Positions 9,110-16,798 of a stretch of DNA of 26,984 bases are shown here, piece by piece. The stretch comes from a virus (taxonomy: Duplodnaviria; Caudoviricetes), in IMG/VR virus record IMGVR_UViG_3300030107_006817, positions 1-26,984 of that record, one strand, 5' to 3'. Both the position numbers and the translations under genes were made by a program. The notes under the pieces were generated by a model. The model searched no databases, had not been told where the DNA came from, and saw nothing but the letters and a program-made list of their open reading frames with translations. How positions within the stretch are numbered: position 1 is the stretch's first letter; the number at the start of each line of letters is the position of its first letter.

Positions 9110-9298
9110 TTATTTCACTTTTCCACCTTTTCGCATACGTTTAACGCCAGTCTTTTTAACCATACCGCCGCCACGCATACGTTTAACGCCAGTCTTTTTA
9201 ACCATACCGCCGCCACGCATTTTGACAGGCGACTTTCCTTGTGGGGCTTTTTTGCCCATTGCCAAGCGTTTTCTCTGTGATATTGCTTTATCACCCAT
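9110..9298 (-). CDS. Small, very basic peptide with tandem MRGGGMVKKTGVKR repeats
   Basis: 62 aa, K/R/G-rich; overlaps the upstream gene and its TAA abuts the next ATG. Confidence 0.7.
   Translation of the reverse strand: MGDKAISQRKRLAMGKKAPQGKSPVKMRGGGMVKKTGVKRMRGGGMVKKTGVKRMRKGGKVK
9132..9220. repeat. Exact 42-nt tandem repeat (2 units plus 5 nt)
   Basis: cgcatacgtttaacgccagtctttttaaccataccgccgcca starts at 9132 and again at 9174. Confidence 0.9.
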
Positions 9299-9857
9299 TT
9301 TTTAGTCTCCCATAAAGTTCTTTACGTTTAGAAAAGATAGCGTCAACGTCATAACTACCGTGGTTACGTTTATAATAGCCCCTCCGCATTAATTTTTCAG
9401 AGGCATCGCACAATAAACTTAAGCGTTGGATAAATATCATACCGTAAAGTGTGTCTAAGTCTGTTTCAAATTCAGAGTCGTCCAAAAGATCGTTGGCCTC
9501 TGTTTCCGGATGAAAACCCATTAGGTATATGTCTTTATCTATAAAAACCCCATCTGCAATAGCTTCATTTAAGCCTTCTAGGTGCTGGTGGAATTTCTCT
9601 TCCTCTGATTCATAATCCAAGTCAACTAGAATAACTAGCTCAAACTGATCATCATAAGCGGAAATAATAGAATAAAGCGGCTGAAAAGAGGCATCGTGCT
9701 TGAACACAATGCCTACTTTATCATCGCTCCATGCCTTAGAGGCAAAAGGGCAGGCAGGGAAATTATTGTAAGCAGGGTTAGGCTGTTCTAACGTATTTAA
9801 CGACCACTCTCGTATTTCCTCACTGACCTCTTTTTCAAGACCTGTGTAAAAATTCAT
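9291..9857 (-). CDS. DUF1415-like protein
   Basis: 188 aa, acidic; ACPFA and GFHP motifs and IQRL near the C-terminus match my recollection of DUF1415. Confidence 0.55.
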   Translation of the reverse strand: MNFYTGLEKEVSEEIREWSLNTLEQPNPAYNNFPACPFASKAWSDDKVGIVFKHDASFQPLYSIISAYDDQFELVILVDLDYESEEEKFHQHLEGLNEAIADGVFIDKDIYLMGFHPETEANDLLDDSEFETDLDTLYGMIFIQRLSLLCDASEKLMRRGYYKRNHGSYDVDAIFSKRKELYGRLKNG

Positions 9858-9875
9858 TAAGCTGACCCAAAAACA

Positions 9876-10277
9876 TCAGTATTCTTTTATACAGGTTATG
9901 GTCATTGCGTAGGTGTCACCACTTGTGTGTCCTACGGTAGTTAGTTGCACATCCCCTGTTTTACCCGATCCCGAATAGTTGGGAAGACCACTCATACAGC
10001 TAAAATCAAGCGTATCCGAATAATCTTGGGGCATCTCTACAACTAACACGTCCGTGGTAGCGTCCCACAACAGCTTCACGCCCATTCCTACGGTAGAAAA
10101 AATTATTTTTTCTATTCTTACTCCCGTACACGTATCCCCGTCTGCACTTGAAGACAACGCAGATACATCTATTTTTGTAACTGCGTCTTCTCCGGTCCCG
10201 TCACTGGTGTTCGTAAGATAAAAAATAGCGTGTCGTGGCCCGTCCTGTACAGTGCTTACATTTACTGCGTCTGCCAT
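9876..10277 (-). CDS. Putative virion structural protein
   Basis: 133 aa, beta-rich and acidic; GGAG RBS upstream; lies in the structural module. Confidence 0.65.
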   Translation of the reverse strand: MADAVNVSTVQDGPRHAIFYLTNTSDGTGEDAVTKIDVSALSSSADGDTCTGVRIEKIIFSTVGMGVKLLWDATTDVLVVEMPQDYSDTLDFSCMSGLPNYSGSGKTGDVQLTTVGHTSGDTYAMTITCIKEY

Positions 10278-10289
10278 AACAGTCTCCGT

Positions 10290-11006
10290 TTATCTCTCAA
10301 CCATTGCTGTGATGTAGTCTATAGTCAGTGTTTGTGCCGAGGCTTCGCCGTTTTGAATACCGAAAGAAACGGTCAGTTCCTCGTCGTCGGGTAGGTTGGT
10401 GTTTGCCACACCTACAGGTTCAGCATGGTTTATGGAGTAATATACAAGCGAAGCGTTTGGATCAACATACCAAGCAACGGTAATAAACGTATCGTCTTCC
10501 ATTGTCGCTACGTCTTCTGTAGTTGTGGCACTGTTATCCTTTTCGACCAAAAAGTCTAAACCAGCATCCCCGTCTGCGGAAAGAAAGAATATCCCGTCGG
10601 TGGTGTCTAAAGGCGACGTGTCTGTAATACCCAAACCCATAACATAGTCCGACTGGTCAACGTCATTTACCTTAAATCGCGCCTCAAACATCGCTCTTTT
10701 GTTCCCATCAACCAAAAAAGCCTCGCCTTTTAATTGAAGAAAATCTAAATCGTCGTCGCCTGCGGCATTAGTAATTAACAACTGTCCGCCAGCACCGGAG
10801 GTAACCGCTTCTGTCGCGCTTCCCGTACCCGCCTCAGTAGTGGTAATGGTCCAGTCCCCGGAATTAAAACTAAAAAAATCATTGCTATAGCAGTAAAAAG
10901 TTTGATCCGAAGCTACCGGAAGAAACATGGGGGTGTCTTTTTTTGCCTTGGAAGCAACGGTGTTGCCTGCCCAAAGAATTTGATTTTGAAAATGTGGATT
11001 AGCCAT
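10290..11006 (-). CDS. Putative virion structural protein (beta-sandwich-like)
   Basis: 238 aa, acidic and beta-strand rich; AAGGAG RBS upstream; first gene after the capsid terminator. Confidence 0.65.
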   Translation of the reverse strand: MANPHFQNQILWAGNTVASKAKKDTPMFLPVASDQTFYCYSNDFFSFNSGDWTITTTEAGTGSATEAVTSGAGGQLLITNAAGDDDLDFLQLKGEAFLVDGNKRAMFEARFKVNDVDQSDYVMGLGITDTSPLDTTDGIFFLSADGDAGLDFLVEKDNSATTTEDVATMEDDTFITVAWYVDPNASLVYYSINHAEPVGVANTNLPDDEELTVSFGIQNGEASAQTLTIDYITAMVER

Positions 11007-11049
11007 CTGAACTCCTTTTTGGAACCCTATTAGGGCCTCGTTAAGCTAT

Positions 11050-11082
11050 AAATGAAAAGAAGGGGGCTTTTACACCCCCTTC
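11050..11082 (-). terminator. Rho-independent terminator after the major capsid gene
   Basis: The minus-strand RNA reads GAAGGGGGU-GUAAAA-GCCCCCUUC followed by UUUUCAUUU, 13 nt after the MCP stop. Confidence 0.85.
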
Positions 11083-11095
11083 CGGTTTCAGTACC

Positions 11096-12004
11096 CTAAG
11101 CTCCCGGTGTACCGTAAACACAACGCCAGTCAGAAACTCCAAAGGCATATCTTTCACGCGCTTTAAAGCGCATGTTGCCTGTGTCGAAGTCTCCTTCCAT
11201 CGCCGTGCGAATCGGAGTCCGGTTAAACAACTTAAAGCCGTTTGGAGCATCGGTTTTAACAAAAAACGCATCCGTGTCAGTGAGGAAGTGGTTTACCACC
11301 GCACCTTCAGGAAGCATTCCCATGCTCTTCATAGCGTTTACGTCATTGTCGGAAGTACCTGAACGTAGCGTAGAGTTTAAAACCCTTTCAGTAATAAACT
11401 GAAGTTCTTTAGGAATAATTAACTTCATTCCACGAACTGCTACCTTCAAACCCCGCTCATCTGTAAGGCCAGCAATGCCAATCATAATGGACTCCAAAGA
11501 AGTTTCATTAAGATCTGCTGCTGTACTTAAGACATTGCTTTGGTTGCCGCTTAACGACGGGTGGGAAGCACTACAAAGAGCTACTCCGTCCCCTATTGCC
11601 GAAGCACCTGCGGTAAAAGCATTATTCAATATTGTCGCAGCCTTAATTTGCTTTGTTTGCGACATTGAACGAGCCAAAGCACGGGTGTACCGCGAAGCCA
11701 ACTTATCATATAAGTTATCTTCTATAGCTTCTTCCGTAATGCTAAAAGCAAGAGCAATCGTTTCCATTGTGTAACGAGCAGTGTAGGTTTCCTGCGCGTC
11801 GTCAAAAGAAATCGAACTACCTTCACTTTTTACCGGAGCCGTTCCAAAGCCACTGAGCATTACTTCTTCCTCAAATGCTCTATCTGAAGATTCCTCTTCA
11901 AATATCTCGGCATGTTCCGACTCATATCGGTCATATTCCAGCCCAAACAAGGCGTTAAGGCCGGGTTCCAACTCTTTAGCGAGTTGAGCGCGTGATATAG
12001 CCAT
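11096..12004 (-). CDS. Major capsid protein (HK97 fold; Mu gpT-like family)
   Basis: 302 aa MAISRAQLAKELEPGLNALFGLEY...K.EG..I.FD...L.S.SHP...GDFDTGNMRFKARERYAFGVSDWR; strong AGGAGG RBS; followed by a terminator. Confidence 0.92.
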   Translation of the reverse strand: MAISRAQLAKELEPGLNALFGLEYDRYESEHAEIFEEESSDRAFEEEVMLSGFGTAPVKSEGSSISFDDAQETYTARYTMETIALAFSITEEAIEDNLYDKLASRYTRALARSMSQTKQIKAATILNNAFTAGASAIGDGVALCSASHPSLSGNQSNVLSTAADLNETSLESIMIGIAGLTDERGLKVAVRGMKLIIPKELQFITERVLNSTLRSGTSDNDVNAMKSMGMLPEGAVVNHFLTDTDAFFVKTDAPNGFKLFNRTPIRTAMEGDFDTGNMRFKARERYAFGVSDWRCVYGTPGA

Positions 12005-12017
12005 CTGCTAACCCTCC

Positions 12018-12668
12018 TTAAATGCCTGTACTAGTCGCGGTAGTTTGCGAGTCATACCGTGACGTAGTAGCGTTAAAATGTGCGTTCAAGCGAACAACCA
12101 ACGGGATACCCGCTGCTGCAAAATCGCTATTAGCATCATCATCTACAATGCCCACAATCCGCAACCCTAGAGTCGCTGTAGTAGCAATAGATGAAACACT
12201 AAGAGCAGAGCTTGATCGCCCCGTATCAGTAGACCCAGAACGAGCCGAAGTCCCTAACGTTGCGTTTGCAAAAACAGCCGCCTGCGCGGTGGCCTTATTT
12301 GTCAACGTCGCATCGCTGGCTACTTGAAATAACTGATTAGGGTTGTCCGCAATAAACGCCTTAACCGGATGGTTTGTATTGACGCTTACATTGTTTGACC
12401 CCGGCCAGTAGTTTAGCCATCTGGATCGACCAAAAGTTGAATCCACGTATTCTACGCCCATAAGAACGCCCAAAGATGCAGTAGTGCCACCTGCGGTATC
12501 AGCCGCTTGACCAATAAAGCCCGTGTTTAACGGAACCACAATTTCATATTGATAAATTGCATTGGTGTCATCGGTAGCAATCTCATACTGGGTTACCCCG
12601 GTTGAGTTAGCTGCACTTCCAACAAGTCCTATAGGACGAAGACCGTAGGCAGTTTCTTGGTTTGCCAT
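12018..12668 (-). CDS. Putative capsid decoration/stabilising protein
   Basis: 216 aa MANQETAYGLRPIG...GVLMGVEY...DNPNQLFQV...LRIVG; immediately upstream of the MCP. Confidence 0.65.
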   Translation of the reverse strand: MANQETAYGLRPIGLVGSAANSTGVTQYEIATDDTNAIYQYEIVVPLNTGFIGQAADTAGGTTASLGVLMGVEYVDSTFGRSRWLNYWPGSNNVSVNTNHPVKAFIADNPNQLFQVASDATLTNKATAQAAVFANATLGTSARSGSTDTGRSSSALSVSSIATTATLGLRIVGIVDDDANSDFAAAGIPLVVRLNAHFNATTSRYDSQTTATSTGI

Positions 12669-12700
12669 ATTTTAAATCCTCTTCAATCCTAATTAAAGCC

Positions 12701-13216
12701 TCACGACCCCTGCGGAGCCGATCCGCCGCCAAAAGTTACACGAGATTGACGTTCGGGTTTCCCGATCGTCATAGTCGGATGTGCGTTCTCGCGCATAAGA
12801 TCGTGATCAATAGCTTCGATTTGATCAGCATTTTTGCTGGCAAAGTATTCATTACGCTCTCGTACCGTTTCTAGCGGTATTCGTGCAAGAACCAATCCCC
12901 CTACAGAAAACACACCTTCAAACTGTCCTGAGTCCGCTACAGGAGCTTCAAAATCAGGGTATTCATCGCGTCGAACTAGTTCATAGCCTTCACGAAGCCG
13001 TGCTGAAATATTCTGGCGATCTTCAACGCCTCGTACTTCGGCACGTATCCACCGATGTTTGAACCCTTCGGGCGCAGGCGGTGCATCTAATTGTTGGGGC
13101 GGAGTCCACGGCTTACGTTGTGCCGTCTTCTCTCGCGTAGTTTTTGCGCGAGGATTTCTGTTTAAGCCTTGAAGGCCACTTTTGTTTTCTTCTTTGCTCA
13201 TTCCTTGATCCCTCAC
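12701..13216 (-). CDS. Conserved head-module protein (true start may be ATG at 13201)
   Basis: WTPPQQLDAPPAPEGFKHRWIR...LREGYELV...GGLVLARIP motif; lies between scaffold and decoration genes. Confidence 0.75.
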   Translation of the reverse strand: MRDQGMSKEENKSGLQGLNRNPRAKTTREKTAQRKPWTPPQQLDAPPAPEGFKHRWIRAEVRGVEDRQNISARLREGYELVRRDEYPDFEAPVADSGQFEGVFSVGGLVLARIPLETVRERNEYFASKNADQIEAIDHDLMRENAHPTMTIGKPERQSRVTFGGGSAPQGS

Positions 13217-14145
13217 GAGTTAGCACGTCTTTCTTTTTCAAGTTTCGCGACATTTTGGGCATACACCTCTAAAGGAACCCCTAGTTTTTCAGCAAGGGCT
13301 TTCTGTGTCGATGTCAGCCGGACTTTTGTTGTGCGTCCAGTATTGCTTGAGCGAGTGTTTCCTGCGACAGTCTGAACGTTCCGTCGGTTAGGCTCGTTAT
13401 TTGAAGCATTCTGTATGGATACTTCTTCCATGTCAAATTTATTCGGAAAGGTGTCCCTTACACGGCGATCTAGCTCGTTGTAATACTCGGTTGTTCTAGG
13501 ATTGAAACCCTCCGCTTCAACCATCTTTTTATGGATACCAAAAGTAGCAAAAGTCATCGCCTCGTCCTGCCCAAACCACGAGTTCTCCGGTCTGGCGGCC
13601 CACTCCTGTGCCATTGGGTCTGGTTGCTGTGGCTGTGGTTGTGGCTGTGGCTGTTGCTGTGGCTGCTGTACATACTGCTCTTGTTGGTCCTGTGCTATCT
13701 TGGCTTGTCGAACCTTGTCTTTAGCAACGGCTATTTCTGTCAGCTTTTTCTGGGCGGCTATAGTCGCTTCGGTATCACTTACTTCAACAGCGCGACGATA
13801 TTCCTCTTCAACCTGCCTTTCTTCCGCTTCTACCCGGCTACCGTATTCTTCGACGTAGCCCCTGTCTAGCTGGTCAATACGGGCTTTAAATTGAGAGTTT
13901 TCATCGATCACGCCCTTGGCGTATGTAATGGACTCGTCTCTTTGACGTTCCGCCTCGCGCAACTTATGCGTCAGTTTATTAATTCGTTTTTGTACAGAAG
14001 CACTATACTCTTGTTGCTCTGTATCCTCGGATCCATCTGCAACAAAATCTTCTTGAACAGGCGCTTCTTCTGTAACTTCTACCTCTGTAATGTCACCTGT
14101 ATCTAAATCAAGGTTTTGTTGAGGATTTTCTGTGTTTTCAGCCAT
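13213..14145 (-). CDS. Putative capsid scaffolding protein
   Basis: 310 aa with an acidic N-terminus, coiled coil (VQKRINKLT..LREAERQ), Q/P linker, and C-terminal VRLTSTQKALAEKLGVPLEVYA; GAGG RBS. Confidence 0.75.
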   Translation of the reverse strand: MAENTENPQQNLDLDTGDITEVEVTEEAPVQEDFVADGSEDTEQQEYSASVQKRINKLTHKLREAERQRDESITYAKGVIDENSQFKARIDQLDRGYVEEYGSRVEAEERQVEEEYRRAVEVSDTEATIAAQKKLTEIAVAKDKVRQAKIAQDQQEQYVQQPQQQPQPQPQPQQPDPMAQEWAARPENSWFGQDEAMTFATFGIHKKMVEAEGFNPRTTEYYNELDRRVRDTFPNKFDMEEVSIQNASNNEPNRRNVQTVAGNTRSSNTGRTTKVRLTSTQKALAEKLGVPLEVYAQNVAKLEKERRANS

Positions 14146-14156
14146 GGTTTAACCTC

Positions 14157-14576
14157 TTAAAAGGACAAAATATCATCAGGATCAGCAATCGTTGCCAAAA
14201 CCTCATCATCGTTAATGATACGGACTTCTCCCCCTTCTATGCGGAACCGGGAACCGGCATATCTGGGAAAAATAATCCACTGTTTTTCGGAACACCAAGG
14301 TCCTTCCGGAAACTTTTGCGTATCCTTATATGCTAACGGCCCTTGTCTAAGTACATACCCGACAACGGTCTGTATCTGACCGTCCTCAAGAACTTGGTTT
14401 GGGATATGTATGCCGCCCTCTGTAGTTGCTTTACCACGGTACGGTAAAATCAACATACGCCAACCCGTGGGTTGGGGCATTCTTTCAATAAGAGATTTGT
14501 CTAACAACGTAGGGTCTAAAACCCTAGACGTTTGATCTATATATGTTTCTTCTATAGAGGCTACTGTTTCATTCAT
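14157..14576 (-). CDS. groES: GroES/Cpn10-like co-chaperonin
   Basis: PTGWRMLILP..KATTEGGIHIP (mobile loop)...GYVLRQGP...FPRYAGSRF...RIINDDEVLATI matches the Cpn10 pattern. Confidence 0.85.
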   Translation of the reverse strand: MNETVASIEETYIDQTSRVLDPTLLDKSLIERMPQPTGWRMLILPYRGKATTEGGIHIPNQVLEDGQIQTVVGYVLRQGPLAYKDTQKFPEGPWCSEKQWIIFPRYAGSRFRIEGGEVRIINDDEVLATIADPDDILSF

Positions 14577-14766
14577 CTAAAAGCTCCTGTTTTTCTAGCA
14601 GGCCCGTGAGTTCCTGAGACACATAGTTTAGTCCATTTAGTTCGCCCATTAATTCGCGATATTGTTCCATTGAATTAACGCCGTTATTCTCCAAAACCTC
14701 CCTAACAACGCTTTTTCGCTCACGAATTACCTTCTGTATATGTTGGGTTAGTAGTATATAATCCAT
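14569..14766 (-). CDS. Small helical hypothetical protein
   Basis: 65 aa (..SMEQYRELMGELNGL..), overlapping the groES-like start. Confidence 0.7.
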   Translation of the reverse strand: MDYILLTQHIQKVIRERKSVVREVLENNGVNSMEQYRELMGELNGLNYVSQELTGLLEKQELLDE

Positions 14767-14796
14767 AACTATCCCAATATATCCAATATTGTTCTA

Positions 14797-15336
14797 TTAC
14801 GCTACCCCCTGTGTGCGGATTTCGTTCAGTTGGAGAGAAAGTGTATGTGTTTCTTCGTTTCGACGCAGCCAGCCTTTACCGAAGGTGTCAAAAGTAGATA
14901 GTTTTTTATAAAAATCTTCTCTAGCTTTTGTTAGTTGCTCGATGAGTTCCGGCGTATTTGCTGCATTGACCGCTTTTAATGTATTAGGACCTATGGCACC
15001 GTCTGCCGTAACCCCCAATATGCTTTGAAGTGCTTTGCTGGATCGGGACACGCCGGAATTAACCGCCCAGTCAAAAACGCAAAAGTCCACCCCTGACGGC
15101 AGATCGTCCCCCTTTACCCTGTCCCAGTAGTTATTTTTATAAATAATATGGACATCCCCTATTTTTATGTTCTTCATCTCTTCTTCAGTAACACTACGCT
15201 TTAAGTATTTTTCATACACCGCTTGGGTAATCCCCATATTAGTACGGCCGCCGGGATCTTTAGGGTGGTCCACGTATCCCCCTTCATGCTCTAAAACCGC
15301 TTCAATACTTTTTGCAAAATTTTCTAACATTTCCAC
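14797..15336 (-). CDS. Endolysin, glycoside hydrolase family 108 with C-terminal peptidoglycan-binding domain
   Basis: HEGGYVDHPKDPGGRTNMGIT catalytic motif; VFDWAVNSG; ADGAIGPNT; FGKGWLRR. Confidence 0.93.
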   Translation of the reverse strand: MEMLENFAKSIEAVLEHEGGYVDHPKDPGGRTNMGITQAVYEKYLKRSVTEEEMKNIKIGDVHIIYKNNYWDRVKGDDLPSGVDFCVFDWAVNSGVSRSSKALQSILGVTADGAIGPNTLKAVNAANTPELIEQLTKAREDFYKKLSTFDTFGKGWLRRNEETHTLSLQLNEIRTQGVA

Positions 15337-15623
15337 CTTCTTCTGGCTTGTCTTATTCTTGAGTTAGGGTTGTTTTTTGTTTTAGCAGAACTACGTTTTA
15401 GCTGACCTAAACTACGCGCACAATAGGATTTTCTTCGTTTAGCGGCTTTACTGCCTTTTTTAACCTCTCCGGTAACGGCGGTTTTAAGTTTAGACCCCGG
15501 ATTAGCTTTACGGTAAGCCTTAACCCCTTTTTTTGTCATCCCTGCCCCGGCTTTAGTGGGGCGGTAATTTGCGCCTTTGCCTTTTGTGGTTTTAGGGATC
15601 GCCTTGGTTTTTCTTTCTGCCAT
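15324..15623 (-). CDS. Basic conserved phage protein (DUF6321-like)
   Basis: 99 aa, very K/R-rich; KGVKAYRKANPGSKLK...RRKSYCAR...NSRIRQARRRWKC. Confidence 0.65.
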   Translation of the reverse strand: MAERKTKAIPKTTKGKGANYRPTKAGAGMTKKGVKAYRKANPGSKLKTAVTGEVKKGSKAAKRRKSYCARSLGQLKRSSAKTKNNPNSRIRQARRRWKC

Positions 15624-15997
15624 TACTTCCTAAACCCTTTAATACCACGAATACCAAAAGAGGCGGCTATAGACGCATACATAGCGTAAGTGAACCAATC
15701 CGGCGCTATCTCCAATGCTGCAAAACCTTCAGCAATATAGGGTCTACACCACGGAATGAATGAGGCTGCAATGATGGCTATGAACAAAATAGTCCACGCC
15801 TCGTCTTTCCAGCTATCCCGACTGGCCTCCGCCATAATCTTTTCCCAGCCAGCTTCGTGTGTGGCAGAAACCCGTAAAACTTCTGCTTCTGCTTCCGCTC
15901 TTGCTACTTTGGCTTTGGCTTTGGCTTTTGATTTCTCTACCTGCCCTTCGACCAAACTTCCGGCTATTTTGGCTATCGGCCCAAGAAAATTTAACAT
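15623..15997 (-). CDS. Holin-like membrane protein (GTA 3TM holin-like)
   Basis: 124 aa with an amphipathic N-terminus, SWKDEAWTILFIAIIAASF and PDWFTYAMYASIAASFGIRG hydrophobic segments, and a basic C-terminus; near the endolysin; AGGAGG RBS. Confidence 0.72.
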   Translation of the reverse strand: MLNFLGPIAKIAGSLVEGQVEKSKAKAKAKVARAEAEAEVLRVSATHEAGWEKIMAEASRDSWKDEAWTILFIAIIAASFIPWCRPYIAEGFAALEIAPDWFTYAMYASIAASFGIRGIKGFRK

Positions 15998-16006
15998 TTC
16001 CCCCTC

Positions 16007-16156
16007 CTAGACAAGCCTATCTATACGGTTATTCTCTTGAACCCGTTCAACTTCCTTTTTCTGCTCCACCTGTTCCGGCTCCTTTCTCACGTCCTCCACA
16101 AGGCGCTGTATATAAGCCTTCTGTATTTGCGATACGCTAGGTATTTCACAACTCAT
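16007..16156 (-). CDS. Small hypothetical protein (49 aa; below ORF-track cutoff)
   Basis: Hand translation [53 protein letters not shown] overlap with the upstream gene; fills the gap to the holin RBS. Confidence 0.6.
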   Translation of the reverse strand: MSCEIPSVSQIQKAYIQRLVEDVRKEPEQVEQKKEVERVQENNRIDRLV

Positions 16157-16473
16157 TTTTTGTTCATCCAAGCAGTTACGCCCATGTAAGCCCCCACCAC
16201 GCCAGCTTGGGCAATATAAAACAACCCTAACAAGTCGGACAATGCGGTAACACGAGAATCAGGTATCACCGGAGTAAATAATAAAATGGTCCCTATAATC
16301 ATAGAGGCCATAGCCGCCCAAGCCATATGCTTTTGCGCTTCGCTTTTTTCTTCACGAAGTTCCAGTTCAATCAATTCCTGATGTCTCTTTATTTCTTCGT
16401 CACTCACTGTGCCGTCGTGATCAACATCATATTTGGCATATACAGACTCAGGATCTAGTTTTTTTGGGGTCAT
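16153..16473 (-). CDS. EF-hand-containing two-TM membrane protein (possible holin/antiholin)
   Basis: [12 protein letters not shown] is a canonical 12-residue EF-hand loop, followed by a charged helix and two hydrophobic segments. Confidence 0.7.
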   Translation of the reverse strand: MTPKKLDPESVYAKYDVDHDGTVSDEEIKRHQELIELELREEKSEAQKHMAWAAMASMIIGTILLFTPVIPDSRVTALSDLLGLFYIAQAGVVGAYMGVTAWMNKK

Positions 16474-16594
16474 TTTTCTTTCCCGCTTGGCTCATAGCGA
16501 TAGCAATAGCTTGTCGCTGGGGGTAGCCTTCCGCCATTAATTTTTTAATGTTGGCACTAATTGTCTTGTCGCTAGAACCTTTTTGTAGCGGCAT
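16448..16594 (-). CDS. Small basic phage protein (MPLxKG...QAIAIA family; 48 aa; below ORF-track cutoff)
   Basis: Hand translation [48 protein letters not shown]; the ATG abuts the upstream TAA. Confidence 0.7.
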   Translation of the reverse strand: MPLQKGSSDKTISANIKKLMAEGYPQRQAIAIAMSQAGKKNDPKKTRS

Positions 16595-16798
16595 TTAACA
16601 ACTCCTGTAGCTACCGCCCCGTTCTGCTTCGCCCATACCACGTTTTTGGCCTTTAATCATAATGCCTTTGGCTGTGTTGGGGGTCTTTTCCTTGATCAGC
16701 TTACCGTAAGGAATTTTGCCCTGACCTTTAATGTCTGCATAATTTTCAGGGGTTGGGGCTGCCGCACCGGGTCCACTAACAATTTTAACTTTAGACAT
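16595..16798 (-). CDS. Small basic hypothetical protein downstream of portal
   Basis: 67 aa, G/K-rich, with C-terminal KRGMGEAERGG; overlaps the portal stop. Confidence 0.65.
   Translation of the reverse strand: MSKVKIVSGPGAAAPTPENYADIKGQGKIPYGKLIKEKTPNTAKGIMIKGQKRGMGEAERGGSYRSC

Noticed and set aside
11041-11271. Frameshift extension of the major capsid protein (T7 10B-like)
   Set aside because: The alternative frame extends only 55 nt past the MCP stop, runs through the terminator hairpin, and encodes no domain.
13620-13670. Phase-variable microsatellite in the scaffold gene
   Set aside because: It is an in-frame imperfect codon repeat encoding a Q/P linker and cannot switch frame by unit slippage.
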